Numbered from the stretch's first letter, positions 32,474-42,812 are shown. The stretch: DNA of 64,000 nucleotides from an uncultured bacterium (GCA_963801165.1 CAWDDT010000011.1:96001-160000); one strand, 5' to 3'. Notes: generated by a model not told the origin, from the letters alone. Numbers and translations are program-made.

Positions 32474-33484
32474 CTAGCCGAGACGCAGCGACGAGCTGAC
32501 ATCCACATTCCATGGGGTCACTTCGCCGCGCTCGAGCCGGAACTCGCCAGCCGCCGCAATCATCGCGCCGTTATCGGTGCACAGCGCCGGTGACGGAAGG
32601 TGCAGGGCGACACCTCGCTTGTCCGCCTGCTCTTGAAGCTTCGCCCGCAATCGCCGGTTGGCGAGCACCCCGCCGCCACCCGCTACTCGCTGCACGCCGG
32701 TCGCATCCACCGCGTTGAATGTTTTGGCAACCAGCACGTCGACGATGGCCTCCTGGACCGCGGCCGCCACATCCGGCAACGGTGGGACCGAGTTGGATGC
32801 CTTGGCCTTCTCCAGATACGTCACAACCGACGTCTTCAATCCGGAGAACGAAAAGTGGTAGGGCCGGTCGGCGAGCGCGCGGGGGAACCGGATGCTATCC
32901 GGGTCGCCGTCCTCGGCGGCCCGATCGATCGCAGGTCCACCGGGGAATCCAAGACCCATGAACCGGGCGATCTTGTCGAATGCCTCGCCGGCGGCGTCAT
33001 CAATCGTCGAACCGAGGACTTCGTAGTCCCCCCATCGTTTTGCGTACACGATCTGACTGTGACCGCCGGACGCCAGCAGCACGATCGCGGGTGGTTCGAA
33101 GCTGCCGTCCTCGAGACGGGGGGCAAACAGGTGCCCTTCCATGTGGTCGACACCTATGAACGGCGTTCCAAGCGCCCACGCCATGGCCTTGGCAAACGAG
33201 TAGCCGACCATCAGTGCCCCAACCAGACCGGGCCCGCGGGTAGCGGCCACGGCATCGAGCTGATCGGAATGCACACCCGCCTGACGAAGCGCGAGATGCA
33301 CCATCGGCCGGATCGCCTCGACATGGGCCCGGGCGGCAACCTCCGGCACCACACCACCGAATCGGGCGTGCGCATCGATTTGCGATGCCATTACCGAAGC
33401 CAGGATCTCATGGCCGCGCACGACGGCGACGCCGGTTTCGTCGCAGCTCGTCTCGACGCCGAGGATCAACGGTGAGTTACTCAT
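32474..33484 (-). CDS. tsaD: tRNA N6-threonylcarbamoyltransferase
   Basis: ETSCDET, GGVVPEVA, HMEGH, DDAAGEAFDK, CTDNGAMIA. Confidence 0.97.
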   Translation of the reverse strand: MSNSPLILGVETSCDETGVAVVRGHEILASVMASQIDAHARFGGVVPEVAARAHVEAIRPMVHLALRQAGVHSDQLDAVAATRGPGLVGALMVGYSFAKAMAWALGTPFIGVDHMEGHLFAPRLEDGSFEPPAIVLLASGGHSQIVYAKRWGDYEVLGSTIDDAAGEAFDKIARFMGLGFPGGPAIDRAAEDGDPDSIRFPRALADRPYHFSFSGLKTSVVTYLEKAKASNSVPPLPDVAAAVQEAIVDVLVAKTFNAVDATGVQRVAGGGGVLANRRLRAKLQEQADKRGVALHLPSPALCTDNGAMIAAAGEFRLERGEVTPWNVDVSSSLRLG

Positions 33485-33992
33485 GGGTCTCCTGGAGGCC
33501 GGAACTGATCTGATCCAGCCGATCTGCGTAGTCGGGCTGGTCGATGTCGGTAGCCCACATGATGACGGCGTCGTCGTCGCGGTAATAGTGCTTGCGCAAA
33601 CCGACTGCAGTCAGCCCGAACCGCTCATACAGCCGCTGCGCCCCGGCGTTAGCCGCACGCACTTCCAACGTGAGGTTGCGAGCACCGCGGGCCAGACCAG
33701 CCCCGATCAGCTCCAGCATCAACCGTGAGCCGAGACCCCCCCGGCGGGAATCAGGGTGGACTGCCAGGGTGGTGACGTGAGCGTCCTCGGCGACGAGCAT
33801 CAACCCGGCGAACCCGACGGTGAGGCCGTCACGCTCGGCCACGACGTACACGCGGTCGTCAAGACTGAGCTCGTCACGGAAGATGCCCTCGCTCCAGGGC
33901 TGGGGATAGGTGATGCGCTCCAGCTCGAGAACAACCGGTATGTCGGCCATGGTCATAGGTCGGAAGGTGATTGCGGAAGCCACGGTCGTCAT
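33477..33992 (-). CDS. rimI: Ribosomal protein alanine N-acetyltransferase
   Basis: HVTTLAV..RRGGLG..LEVRAAN..LYERFG..RKHYY; conserved context. Confidence 0.92.
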   Translation of the reverse strand: MTTVASAITFRPMTMADIPVVLELERITYPQPWSEGIFRDELSLDDRVYVVAERDGLTVGFAGLMLVAEDAHVTTLAVHPDSRRGGLGSRLMLELIGAGLARGARNLTLEVRAANAGAQRLYERFGLTAVGLRKHYYRDDDAVIMWATDIDQPDYADRLDQISSGLQETHE

Positions 33993-34705
33993 CCCGCCGC
34001 TCCCGGCCACACGCCCTCCTCGCGGAAATCGCTCCAGTTGATTTGAGCATCCGGCTCTCTCATGTACAACGGGCGCACGTCCTCAGGCCTTACGTAGTCG
34101 TCCCGACTGGCTTTGAGGTGAGCGATCTCGAGCAGGACATCGGCCGAGGGGTAGCGGGGGCGACCCTTCTTCGATCTGTGCAGACCGCGCATCACCGCGG
34201 CGGGAAAGCCGGCGGTATCACCGATGAGAAGCGTATCGACGGAATCGCTCTCCACCAGGTTGTGTAACCCCTCGGCGGTAACGACCTCGGCCGGCCCATC
34301 GGGAGCTACACCGCCCGGTACCGGCTGGAACGGACGGGTGGCGTACTGGCCACGGCGAACATCGACAACGGGCCAGATCCGGCGCCGTCCGGTGGCCGCC
34401 CGCACCGCCAGCGCGGTCAGCGAACTGACAGTCACCATTGGTGCGCCCACCGCAGCGGCGATGGCCTGTGCAGTGGCGATGCCGGCGCGAATCCCCGTGA
34501 ACAGACCGGGGCCAATGTCGACGGCGACCACGTCGATGTCGGAGGGCTGCCACCCGGACGAGTTGAATATGAAATCGATCGCAGGCATCAGGAAGCCACC
34601 GTGGCCGCGCCGGTCCACGCGCACCGACATGGCAACGAGCTCGCTACCGACGCCGAGGGCAACCGAGGATCCGCTTGTGGCGGTATCTATGGCAAGGATC
34701 TTCAC
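33989..34705 (-). CDS. tsaB: t6A biosynthesis protein TsaB
   Basis: ILAIDTAT, GPGLFTGIRAG, PLYMR. Confidence 0.93.
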   Translation of the reverse strand: MKILAIDTATSGSSVALGVGSELVAMSVRVDRRGHGGFLMPAIDFIFNSSGWQPSDIDVVAVDIGPGLFTGIRAGIATAQAIAAAVGAPMVTVSSLTALAVRAATGRRRIWPVVDVRRGQYATRPFQPVPGGVAPDGPAEVVTAEGLHNLVESDSVDTLLIGDTAGFPAAVMRGLHRSKKGRPRYPSADVLLEIAHLKASRDDYVRPEDVRPLYMREPDAQINWSDFREEGVWPGAAG

Positions 34706-35154
34706 AGCTTCAATTCTCCCAGGGGACGCTGCAGCCAGGAACCGGACGGCAGGAACCGGAACAGGCGGTCGGAGTCTCCCGTTATGTCGATACGCACCAC
34801 GAGGTGATCTTCGGGCACACCATAGGCAACGACGTCGCCCCATTCGATGAGCAGCACCCCATCGCGGGCCTGCTCGGGAAGGTCGAGATCCTCGAATTCG
34901 GCGCTCGTACCCAACCGGTACACATCGGCGTGCACCACAGGGAAGAACCCTTCGTGTACGCGCGCCAGGACAAACGACGGACTGGTCATTTGTTCCTCGA
35001 CACCGAGCCCGTCACCGACACCGGCCGCGAACACTGTCTTGCCTGCACCCAACCGACCCGAGAGCAGAACAACATCGCCGGCGCGCAACAATCCGGCCAG
35101 ATGACGACCCAACGCCAGTGTCTCGCTGGGATTCGCAGTCGCGATTTCGATCAA
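34702..35154 (-). CDS. tsaE: t6A biosynthesis ATPase TsaE
   Basis: GRLGAGKT, TSPSF, HADVYRL, IEWG. Confidence 0.95.
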   Translation of the reverse strand: MIEIATANPSETLALGRHLAGLLRAGDVVLLSGRLGAGKTVFAAGVGDGLGVEEQMTSPSFVLARVHEGFFPVVHADVYRLGTSAEFEDLDLPEQARDGVLLIEWGDVVAYGVPEDHLVVRIDITGDSDRLFRFLPSGSWLQRPLGELKL

Positions 35155-35813
35155 TTGAACAGGTCCAGTTGCTCGGGGTCGGGGTCCGGTCCCTCCGGCT
35201 CGTTGGCCGGCTCCTCCGGACGTCTCGTGAGCTTACCGTCGATTACGGCGCGAATTATCTGAAAGTCCTCGCGCATCTCGTCGAGCACACGGGCACTACC
35301 ACGCAACGCTGCGGCCGGGTGGAAGGTCGGTACGAGCAGCCTCCCCCACCATTCGTAGGCGTTCCCCCGCAACCGGGTGATCCCCTTGTCGGTCCTCAGC
35401 AACAACTTCGACGCAAAGTTCCCGAGCGTCACCGCAACCATGGGCTGGATCAGCTCGAGCTGTGTGCGCAGATACCCCTTGCAGGCGTCGATCTCATCAG
35501 GTCGCGGATCGCGGTTCTTGGGAGGGCGGCACTTGACCACGTTTGCGATGTACACATCGCCTCTGGTCAGCCCGATCTCTCCTAGTAGTTGCTCGAGCAA
35601 CTGACCCGACCTACCCACAAACGGGAGGCCCTGCTCGTCCTCTTGCTGGCCCGGCCCCTCCCCGACGAACATCACATCGGCATCGGGGTTGCCCGATCCG
35701 AACACCACATTGCTCCTCGTCTCGGAGAGCCGGCACCTGGTGCACACATTCGCCTCGGACGCCAGAATCTCCAACGCCCCGACGCGCTCTGCGGCGGGTC
35801 TGGCGTCAGTCAT
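35151..35813 (-). CDS. Family 4 uracil-DNA glycosylase (4Fe-4S)
   Basis: CTRCRL, GEGPG, PFVGRSG, NVVKCRPP, HPAAAL. Confidence 0.93.
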   Translation of the reverse strand: MTDARPAAERVGALEILASEANVCTRCRLSETRSNVVFGSGNPDADVMFVGEGPGQQEDEQGLPFVGRSGQLLEQLLGEIGLTRGDVYIANVVKCRPPKNRDPRPDEIDACKGYLRTQLELIQPMVAVTLGNFASKLLLRTDKGITRLRGNAYEWWGRLLVPTFHPAAALRGSARVLDEMREDFQIIRAVIDGKLTRRPEEPANEPEGPDPDPEQLDLFN

Positions 35814-36717
35814 CGCTCACCGCCCGAATCCCTGCCAGCGATGTCGCATGTACCACGGAGCTGATAACCGCGGCGGCGGTGGCTTTGAACGCGGTCTCGC
35901 CGAGCAGGTCGAGGTCGACCTCCTCCTCGCCACAAGACACGGCGAACACGACATCACCGTCGTAGCGGGTGTGGGCAGGGCGGATGGTCGCAGCGAGCGC
36001 GTCGTGGCTGCGCACGATGAGCCGCAGCAGATCCGATTTGTTGAGCTTGGCGTCGGTGGCGAGGGCAACCAACGTCGTGTTCTCGCGGGTTCCCATCTTC
36101 GCAGGGGCCTGCAGCGTGGGACCACCGGTGATCCAGTTTCCGTGCAGATCGACGATGTCGCCGACCGCGTTGACCGCGGTGAGGACCCCGAGCGTCACCG
36201 AGCCGACGCGGGTTGCCGCCGACCCGATACCGGCCTTTCTGATGTTCACGCCGCCGGTCCACTTGGAGACGGTTGCCCCCGTGCCCGCCCCGACCGTGCC
36301 CAGTGGCACGGGCCTCGCCGAGCGAGCGCGGAACGCGGCAGCACCGTGCTCGGCACGCGGCGGGGAGTTCTCGCCGACGAACAGGTCGTAGAGGATCGCG
36401 GCAGGGACGATCGGGACCGGGCCGGCCGGGGTGGGATGACCACGTCCGAGCGACGCTAGCTCTTGCATCACCCCGTCGGCTGCCGCCAGCCCGAATGCAG
36501 ACCCGCCGGAGAAGACCAACGCCTGTATGGTCTCCACCTTCATACTCGGCGCCAGCAGGGCCGTTTCCCTGGTGCCCGGGGCCCCGCCCCGAGCCTCGAA
36601 CGCCGCCAGGTTTGGCTCCGGCAGGTTGATAACGGTCACCCCGGTGGCTGCGTCGAGATCGGTCCAGTGGCCGACCTCGACGCCGGGGACGGCTGTGATC
36701 GTGTCGTTACTCTCCAC
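35806..36717 (-). CDS. P1 (S58/DmpA-like) peptidase
   Basis: ITAVPGVEVGH, RGGAPGTRET, SGGSAFGL, ENTT autocleavage site, HTRYDGD. Confidence 0.88.
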   Translation of the reverse strand: MESNDTITAVPGVEVGHWTDLDAATGVTVINLPEPNLAAFEARGGAPGTRETALLAPSMKVETIQALVFSGGSAFGLAAADGVMQELASLGRGHPTPAGPVPIVPAAILYDLFVGENSPPRAEHGAAAFRARSARPVPLGTVGAGTGATVSKWTGGVNIRKAGIGSAATRVGSVTLGVLTAVNAVGDIVDLHGNWITGGPTLQAPAKMGTRENTTLVALATDAKLNKSDLLRLIVRSHDALAATIRPAHTRYDGDVVFAVSCGEEEVDLDLLGETAFKATAAAVISSVVHATSLAGIRAVSDD

Positions 36718-37822
36718 AACCGCTCCGATAGTGTCTCGGCAAGCGGGGACCGAAGTTGCACACGACCTCATATGTGATGGTGTTCATCCACTCCGCCCAC
36801 TCCTCGGCGGTCACCGACCCCAGCCCCTGGGTACCCATCACCACGACCTCATCACCCGCCTCGACCTCGTCTGCACCGACATCGACGACGATCTGGTCCA
36901 TCGTCACGGTCCCGGCGAACGGGTAGCGCTTGCCGCCGATGAGCACCTCGCCACCGACGCTGGACAGAAGCCGGTAGACGCCGTCGGCATAGCCGATCGG
37001 TACGGTGGCCACCGTGCCGTCGGCGGGCATGGAACGGCGTCTGCCGTAAGAAGGCCGGGCTCCGGCCGGCAGCCAGCGCGTGAATGAGACGGCCGACATC
37101 ACCCGCATCGCCGGACGGAGGTCCATCTCGGGGACAATGTCGGGAGCAGGACGAAGCCCATAAATGCCGAGTCCGGCGCGAACCATCGAGTAGCGCGCCT
37201 GATCGAACATCAACCCGCCTGCAGTGTTGGCGGCGTGGAGCATCGGCGGCTCGATGCCCCGGTCGGCGAGCGTGGCGACGAAGTCATCGAAACGTGCGAT
37301 CTGCTTCCTGGTGTAGTCGGGGTCCTCGTCGGCTACCGAGAAGTGCGTCCAGACTCCCTGCAAGTGGAGCCGGGGGTGCCGATGGATGAACTCGGCCAGC
37401 TCCAATGCGCTGTCGGGCGGGGCCCCCACCCGGTGCATGCCCGTGTCCACCTTGAGATGAACGGGGAGGATGGCATCGTCGGCAACGTGGGAGGCAAGCA
37501 GCTCGGCAAACGTGTGCCGGTACACCGTCGGCACGAGGTTCCACTGCACCGCCAGCGGCGCCTCCTCCTTGGTGGGCTCGGAGAGGAGGAGGATCGGGAC
37601 GTCGATGCCGGCCTCGCGGAGCCTGATGCCCTCTTCGACGAGCGCCACTGCCAACCATTGCGCACCGCCCTCGAGCGCCATCTCGGCAGCCGGGACGTCT
37701 CCGTGGCCATAACCGTCCGCCTTGACCACAGCACACAGCATCGCAGGCGCCACAGCGTCCGCAATGAGGCGTGCGTTGTGCCTGATGGCATTCAGATCTA
37801 CCTCGACATGCGATGGTCTCAC
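36707..37822 (-). CDS. alr: Alanine racemase
   Basis: AVVKADGYGHG, HLKVDTGMHR, PIGYADG, TMDQ. Confidence 0.97.
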   Translation of the reverse strand: MRPSHVEVDLNAIRHNARLIADAVAPAMLCAVVKADGYGHGDVPAAEMALEGGAQWLAVALVEEGIRLREAGIDVPILLLSEPTKEEAPLAVQWNLVPTVYRHTFAELLASHVADDAILPVHLKVDTGMHRVGAPPDSALELAEFIHRHPRLHLQGVWTHFSVADEDPDYTRKQIARFDDFVATLADRGIEPPMLHAANTAGGLMFDQARYSMVRAGLGIYGLRPAPDIVPEMDLRPAMRVMSAVSFTRWLPAGARPSYGRRRSMPADGTVATVPIGYADGVYRLLSSVGGEVLIGGKRYPFAGTVTMDQIVVDVGADEVEAGDEVVVMGTQGLGSVTAEEWAEWMNTITYEVVCNFGPRLPRHYRSGCGE

Positions 37823-39228
37823 AGGAACTCCCCGATGCTGTCTACCAACCCCGTTGCGGTGAGCGTACGTCTCGAGGCTAGATCGGCGCCGGCAACCCCG
37901 TGCCAGAACGCACCTGATCTGGCAGCCGTCTCACCGTCGAGACCACGAGCCCACAACGCCGAGACAACGCCGGCAAGCACGTCGCCGGTTCCGATCGTCG
38001 CCAGCTCGGGGCCGCCCGTGGTGACCACCCACTGCTCGGCTCCCAGAACAAACGTGGGGTTTCCCTTGAGCAGGACGACTGCACCGGTCTCGTCGGGGAC
38101 GGCCATCGCCGCCTGGTATGTCGCCTCCTCCCCGGTGAGCCGTTTGAACTCTCCGGCGTGCGGGGTGATGACGGTGGGATGATCACGCTGCGACAGCGGG
38201 TCCGTGCCGCCGAGGTTGTTGAGCCCATCGGCGTCGATGAGAAGCCGGCCTGCACGCCTGGCGACGATCTCTCTACAGAAACCGTCATCCTCACCGAGAC
38301 CGGGGCCGAGGACCACAACGTCGAAGCGGTCCGTATACGCCAGCACCCCATCGACGTCGCTCTTGGTGAAGCGGTCACCGTCGCCGATGCCCCTCGTCAG
38401 CAGCCCCGGATTCAACGCGGCCACCTGCGCTTGCATGGCTCCCGGGCAGACAACTGCGGCGCTGCCCGCTCCGGCCTGTAGCGCCGCGCTCGCCGCCAGG
38501 ACGCCGGCACCGACCATCCCCCGGCTGCTGCCCACGACGGCCACGGACCCGGCCGACCACTTGTGATCCGTCCGTTTCCTGGCCGGCACTGGTGCGTCTT
38601 CTGCCTCGCACAGTCTCAGCTCGGGCTCACCACCACGCAACCCGATGTCAACGATCTCGACGGCACCGCAACGCTCGGGACCTTCGCCAAGCAGATGACC
38701 GGGCTTGAGGGCATGGAATGTGACCGTTACGTCGGAGATGAACGACCCGCCTTCTACCTCCCCGGTGGCAGCCTGGAGCCCGCTCGGGACGTCCACGGCC
38801 AGCACCGCCGCGTCATGGTCGAGCCATGGTTCCACTCCGGCCGGCAGCTTGCCCCGAAACCCGACGCCGAAGAGAGCATCGATGATCAGATCGGCGGGCT
38901 CCGGATCACCCAGGTGGACCACTCTCACCCCGGACGCCGCCGCCCTGATCGCGGCGATCCGTGCCGCCGAGTAGTCGCCGCGGGGATAACCGAGGGCGTG
39001 AACGGTGACCGCGGCGCCCCGCCTGGCCAGGTAGCGGGCAGCGACATAGCCATCTCCGCCATTGTTGCCCGTGCCTGCCAGCACGATGACCCGCGATCCG
39101 TACCCGACACCCATCCCCGCCGCGGCCAGCGCCACCCCCACGCCGGCCCGCTCCATGAGAACCTCGACCGACTCCTCGGATGCGGCGTCGAGCCGATTCG
39201 ACTCCTCAGGGGTGATGACGAGACGCAT
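37819..39228 (-). CDS. nnr: Bifunctional NAD(P)HX epimerase/dehydratase
   Basis: GNNGGDG, DALFGVG, DVPSG, GPGLG, DADG, TPHAGE, GTGDVLAG. Confidence 0.92.
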   Translation of the reverse strand: MRLVITPEESNRLDAASEESVEVLMERAGVGVALAAAGMGVGYGSRVIVLAGTGNNGGDGYVAARYLARRGAAVTVHALGYPRGDYSAARIAAIRAAASGVRVVHLGDPEPADLIIDALFGVGFRGKLPAGVEPWLDHDAAVLAVDVPSGLQAATGEVEGGSFISDVTVTFHALKPGHLLGEGPERCGAVEIVDIGLRGGEPELRLCEAEDAPVPARKRTDHKWSAGSVAVVGSSRGMVGAGVLAASAALQAGAGSAAVVCPGAMQAQVAALNPGLLTRGIGDGDRFTKSDVDGVLAYTDRFDVVVLGPGLGEDDGFCREIVARRAGRLLIDADGLNNLGGTDPLSQRDHPTVITPHAGEFKRLTGEEATYQAAMAVPDETGAVVLLKGNPTFVLGAEQWVVTTGGPELATIGTGDVLAGVVSALWARGLDGETAARSGAFWHGVAGADLASRRTLTATGLVDSIGEFL

Positions 39229-39267
39229 CCGCCGAGTTTAGGTCGGTGGCGCGAAGAGCCTTTGCTA

Positions 39268-39326
39268 AGCCTCGATCCACCGTTGCGGATCGCCGGATCC
39301 TCCTCCCCAATCCGAGGATCGAGGCT
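39268..39326. repeat. Dispersed palindromic element, family A (short copy)
   Basis: AGCCTCGATCC...GGATCGAGGCT ends; core shared with 4669-4846. Confidence 0.65.
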
Positions 39327-40134
39327 AGGGGAGGGTCAGGCCACCGCAGTCGAACTGGCCCAGAACCCCGGCCTGCTCTTCGGTGAGCGCGTCGGTAACG
39401 ACCTGCTGGGAGACCAGATCCGAACCGGTGACCGTGTAGTCCTCGTAGCCGCCCGCGAAGGTGGTTTCGTCGGTCCGCTGGGCAAACGTGCGTCGCACGA
39501 TCCCGTCACCTGCGCAACTCAAGCCCGAGACCGCGCCCACTGAGGCACCGACAGGAAACACCGTGTGGGCCCCGTTGACCGTCACCGGCGTGACAACACA
39601 TGCGGCGACGTCGAAGATCCCAACGTGGGTGGTCGAGGCGCCCGCACCTACGGTGAGGAACGCCTCCGCGGTGCCGTCGCCGTCGATATCAAAGCCTCCG
39701 ATCGGGCGCGGCGGGGCGAAGTCCATGACATCCTCGATCGTGGCGTCTGCCCCTCCTCCGTCGGCAAAGATCACCCGGAGCCGCCAATTGTCGGCCGCCA
39801 CCTGGTAGGTGAGCAGATCATCGCTGGTCCCGTCACCGTCGAAATCGCCCGAACCGCCCGCAAAAACCAACGTGCCTTCCGGGAGCGCCACCGGCAGCGG
39901 GCACACCGTCACCCCCATCGAGATCGTTGTTGTCGTCGTCGTTGTTGTCGAGGTCGTTGTTGTCGACGTCGTTGCTACCGTCGTTGTCGTGGGGCTGCTT
40001 GCGGCCGTTGTCGCCGCGGCAACGGTGGTCGAGGTGACCGGAGGGACACGAGACGTGGTTGTGGGCTCTGCTCCTCCACCACACCCGGCATCGATGAGCG
40101 CAGCCAGGAGCGCGAGGGCTGCGAGACGATGCAT
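39325..40134 (-). CDS. Putative lipoprotein with Thr-rich linker and DxDGDG motifs
   Basis: Signal peptide ending in AGC, poly-Thr, GDFDGDG and FDIDGDG. Confidence 0.7.
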   Translation of the reverse strand: MHRLAALALLAALIDAGCGGGAEPTTTSRVPPVTSTTVAAATTAASSPTTTTVATTSTTTTSTTTTTTTTISMGVTVCPLPVALPEGTLVFAGGSGDFDGDGTSDDLLTYQVAADNWRLRVIFADGGGADATIEDVMDFAPPRPIGGFDIDGDGTAEAFLTVGAGASTTHVGIFDVAACVVTPVTVNGAHTVFPVGASVGAVSGLSCAGDGIVRRTFAQRTDETTFAGGYEDYTVTGSDLVSQQVVTDALTEEQAGVLGQFDCGGLTLP

Positions 40135-40137
40135 CGT

Positions 40138-40512
40138 TCAACCTCCCAGCGAGAGGGCCATCACCAACGCCTGGCCACCGGCGTGGGTGATAGTGACCAT
40201 GACGCGTTCAACACCGATCATCTCGGCCCGGCGCGCTGCCTTGCCGGACAGCCGCACCCGCGGGGCACCACCACCGGTTATCTCGATGTCCTGCCACGGA
40301 ACGTGTCTCCACCCGACGCCGAGACTCTTCATGACCGCCTCCTTGCCGGCGAACCGCGCCGCCAACCGCTCCGCCGGATCCTTGTAGCGGTGGGCGTATT
40401 CCCACTCATGATCGGTGAAACACCGGTCTCTGAACCGCTCGCCGTCCTTGACGAGCAGATGCCGCACTCGATCGACCTCGGCCAGGTCGACACCCATGCC
40501 CACTATCTCCAT
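40138..40512 (-). CDS. acpS: Holo-ACP synthase
   Basis: GMGVDL, ARFAGKEAVMKSLG, TITH. Confidence 0.95.
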   Translation of the reverse strand: MEIVGMGVDLAEVDRVRHLLVKDGERFRDRCFTDHEWEYAHRYKDPAERLAARFAGKEAVMKSLGVGWRHVPWQDIEITGGGAPRVRLSGKAARRAEMIGVERVMVTITHAGGQALVMALSLGG

Positions 40513-40553
40513 CCGCAAAGCGTACAGAGCACAACCGATTATCGAGCGATTTG

Positions 40554-42728
40554 CTAGCCGGGCGGCGTCCCAACTAGCACCATAAGACTTGCGGGATCCG
40601 ACCCCGGCTCGCTCGCCGAGGTCGCGTGTCCCGGACCGATGCCCGCGATGACGAGCTTGCCATCTACGAGAAGCAGTTGCCCTGCGCCGCCCAGACCCGC
40701 GCCTTCGGGAAGAACCGCTTCTACCCAATGGCCGTCCTCGTTGAGGAAGACGCTGATGGCGGATTCAACCGGACCTGCCCACTGCCAGTCGATTGCCGCG
40801 TATGCCTCGTCGTCGGTGATGGTGAGGATGTCACCGTTGCCGAGGTCGAACGAGGTGACGCCTCTGTCCCAGGTGACGATATCCGCGGCCCGACCACTTT
40901 CGAACGCCCCCCAACCGAGTGAGAGCACCACCTCACCCGATGCTGAGTCGGTGACGGTCAGTACCGTCGCCTCCGTGTCCTGAAAGGTCAGCGTGTATCC
41001 GTCCTTCTCGATATCGAGTGGACGATCCGACCAGACCTCGTGCGTCACCAGCACGGCAACGTTTCCCGCCGCATCGGTCGCAACATCGGTCACGTAGTCA
41101 TAGAACCCGTCGCCCCCGGACGGGATGGCGAATTCTGGCACCCACACCAATCCGTCTACCGAGGACCACACCCCCGACCCGACCTGGCCGTCACCGACTG
41201 CTACATAGCCCGATGATGTCCCGGCAACCTCGTTAAACGAGATGTCGCTGGATCCGGCCGGCATGCTCGACCATGCTCCGTCCTCCAGGGTCCACACCGA
41301 GGACTGGTCGCGGGAGTCGCCAAACGAGTGGACCCAGGCCATGAAGCCTGTATCGGTCGGGAGCAAGGCAGAGACGTAGCTCCCGTCCGCACCCGGTACC
41401 GCAGTTCCTGTCCAGACGAGCCCGTCGTTGGAGGTGAGCAACTCGGTCCGGCTCGTGTAGTCGGCGGGGTCGACCACCATGGCCACCCGGTTTGCCCGGT
41501 CCTCTGCGGCGAACCATCTGTCCCATGTGACGTCGAGAAGTACTTCACCTGTTTCGGGGTCGACCAGACGGGGTGCCGGGCCGTGATAGAGGTCGTTGAG
41601 CGTACCGGAGGCGATCTCATCACCGGTGGCGGCGTCGGTGACCTGATAGGTGCTCTGCACCTCGTTGACGGCGATCACAAACCCGTCGTATCCGATCGAC
41701 ACGGTGTCCGGCGGTGCGGTATCGGTCGCTGACACCGGAATCGGCAACGGTGAACCGCCTCCGCCGTAGTAGCTGAAACCGGCGTCCCACACCTGAGGGG
41801 GAATCGTCACGATCACCTCACCGCTGTCCGGGTCGTACACGGCGAGGCCATCGGCACTGACGCCTGGCAACAGCTCGTCGATCGGCCCCGAGAGCAGCAC
41901 GCTGCCCGACGCCGGCTCGATCACCTGATAGGTGTTGCCCCGATAGTCGAGCTTCACCTGGATGTCGCCAAAGTCGAGCAGTGGCACCTGATTGGGATAC
42001 GTCTCGAACGTCGCTGCCAATGTCATGCCCGCAGGCCCCGCCGCTACGCTCTGGAGATACGCAAACTCGTCCTCTGCTGCCCCCAGGTCGAGCGGCTGCT
42101 CCGTCCAAGCGGTGCCATCGGTCGTCTCGTACAGGAGCAGTTCGCTGCCGACGAATTCACCCTCCCAAACCCCGGCGAAGACATACAAGTGTTCCCCATC
42201 GCCCACCGCGTGCGACACGAAAGCGTTCTCCGGCAGCTCCTGGCGACCAACGGTCTCCCAGTTGACACCGTCCGTCGACCTGTTGCTGGCAAGGGTCTCG
42301 CTGCCCACGCCGTCCCAAACAGCAGCGACGGCGACTACTGCATCGTCGAGCTCACCGAGCCAGACGAGGTCCATAGACGCCTCCGAGGCGAGCTCCACTC
42401 GTTGCCAGCTGTAGTCGACGCGACGGAAAGAAGCAGGTGTGACCTCGCCATCGGATATCGCCGGATACAAGGAGCTGCCGGCCACGGTGGTGGGCGGTGG
42501 CTTCACGGGCACCACGGTCGTCGCCGTCACCGCCAGACTCGGGAAGGATGCGACCTCGACCTGCCCTGCCGCTTCTGGTTGCCCCACAGCGTCGCCGATG
42601 CCCGCAGAGAGACGCAACACGACACCCAGCGCCGTGACCGCGATGACCGCCACCACGATGCCAAACGATCTACCCGCCATCCGCGTGCCGCGTGGCTCGA
42701 GAAGGTCGTGTGTCTCGCCGTTCGCCAT
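40554..42728 (-). CDS. Large membrane-anchored acidic protein with Asp-box-like repeats
   Basis: N-terminal TM helix; RSTDGVNW, ETTDGTAW, TSNDGLVW, SSVDGLVW. Confidence 0.7.
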   Translation of the reverse strand: MANGETHDLLEPRGTRMAGRSFGIVVAVIAVTALGVVLRLSAGIGDAVGQPEAAGQVEVASFPSLAVTATTVVPVKPPPTTVAGSSLYPAISDGEVTPASFRRVDYSWQRVELASEASMDLVWLGELDDAVVAVAAVWDGVGSETLASNRSTDGVNWETVGRQELPENAFVSHAVGDGEHLYVFAGVWEGEFVGSELLLYETTDGTAWTEQPLDLGAAEDEFAYLQSVAAGPAGMTLAATFETYPNQVPLLDFGDIQVKLDYRGNTYQVIEPASGSVLLSGPIDELLPGVSADGLAVYDPDSGEVIVTIPPQVWDAGFSYYGGGGSPLPIPVSATDTAPPDTVSIGYDGFVIAVNEVQSTYQVTDAATGDEIASGTLNDLYHGPAPRLVDPETGEVLLDVTWDRWFAAEDRANRVAMVVDPADYTSRTELLTSNDGLVWTGTAVPGADGSYVSALLPTDTGFMAWVHSFGDSRDQSSVWTLEDGAWSSMPAGSSDISFNEVAGTSSGYVAVGDGQVGSGVWSSVDGLVWVPEFAIPSGGDGFYDYVTDVATDAAGNVAVLVTHEVWSDRPLDIEKDGYTLTFQDTEATVLTVTDSASGEVVLSLGWGAFESGRAADIVTWDRGVTSFDLGNGDILTITDDEAYAAIDWQWAGPVESAISVFLNEDGHWVEAVLPEGAGLGGAGQLLLVDGKLVIAGIGPGHATSASEPGSDPASLMVLVGTPPG

Positions 42729-42785
42729 CTCCGCCCCTTCACCTGCTGTGCAACCGACCCGGTCGCGCCATTCCGGCCAACACTA

Positions 42786-42812
42786 AACGTCAGGCGGCCT
42801 CATTCTGGTTCC
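42786..42812 (-). promoter_or_regulatory. Possible ECF-sigma promoter
   Basis: GGAAC-N18-CGTT upstream of the 42728 start. Confidence 0.4.
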
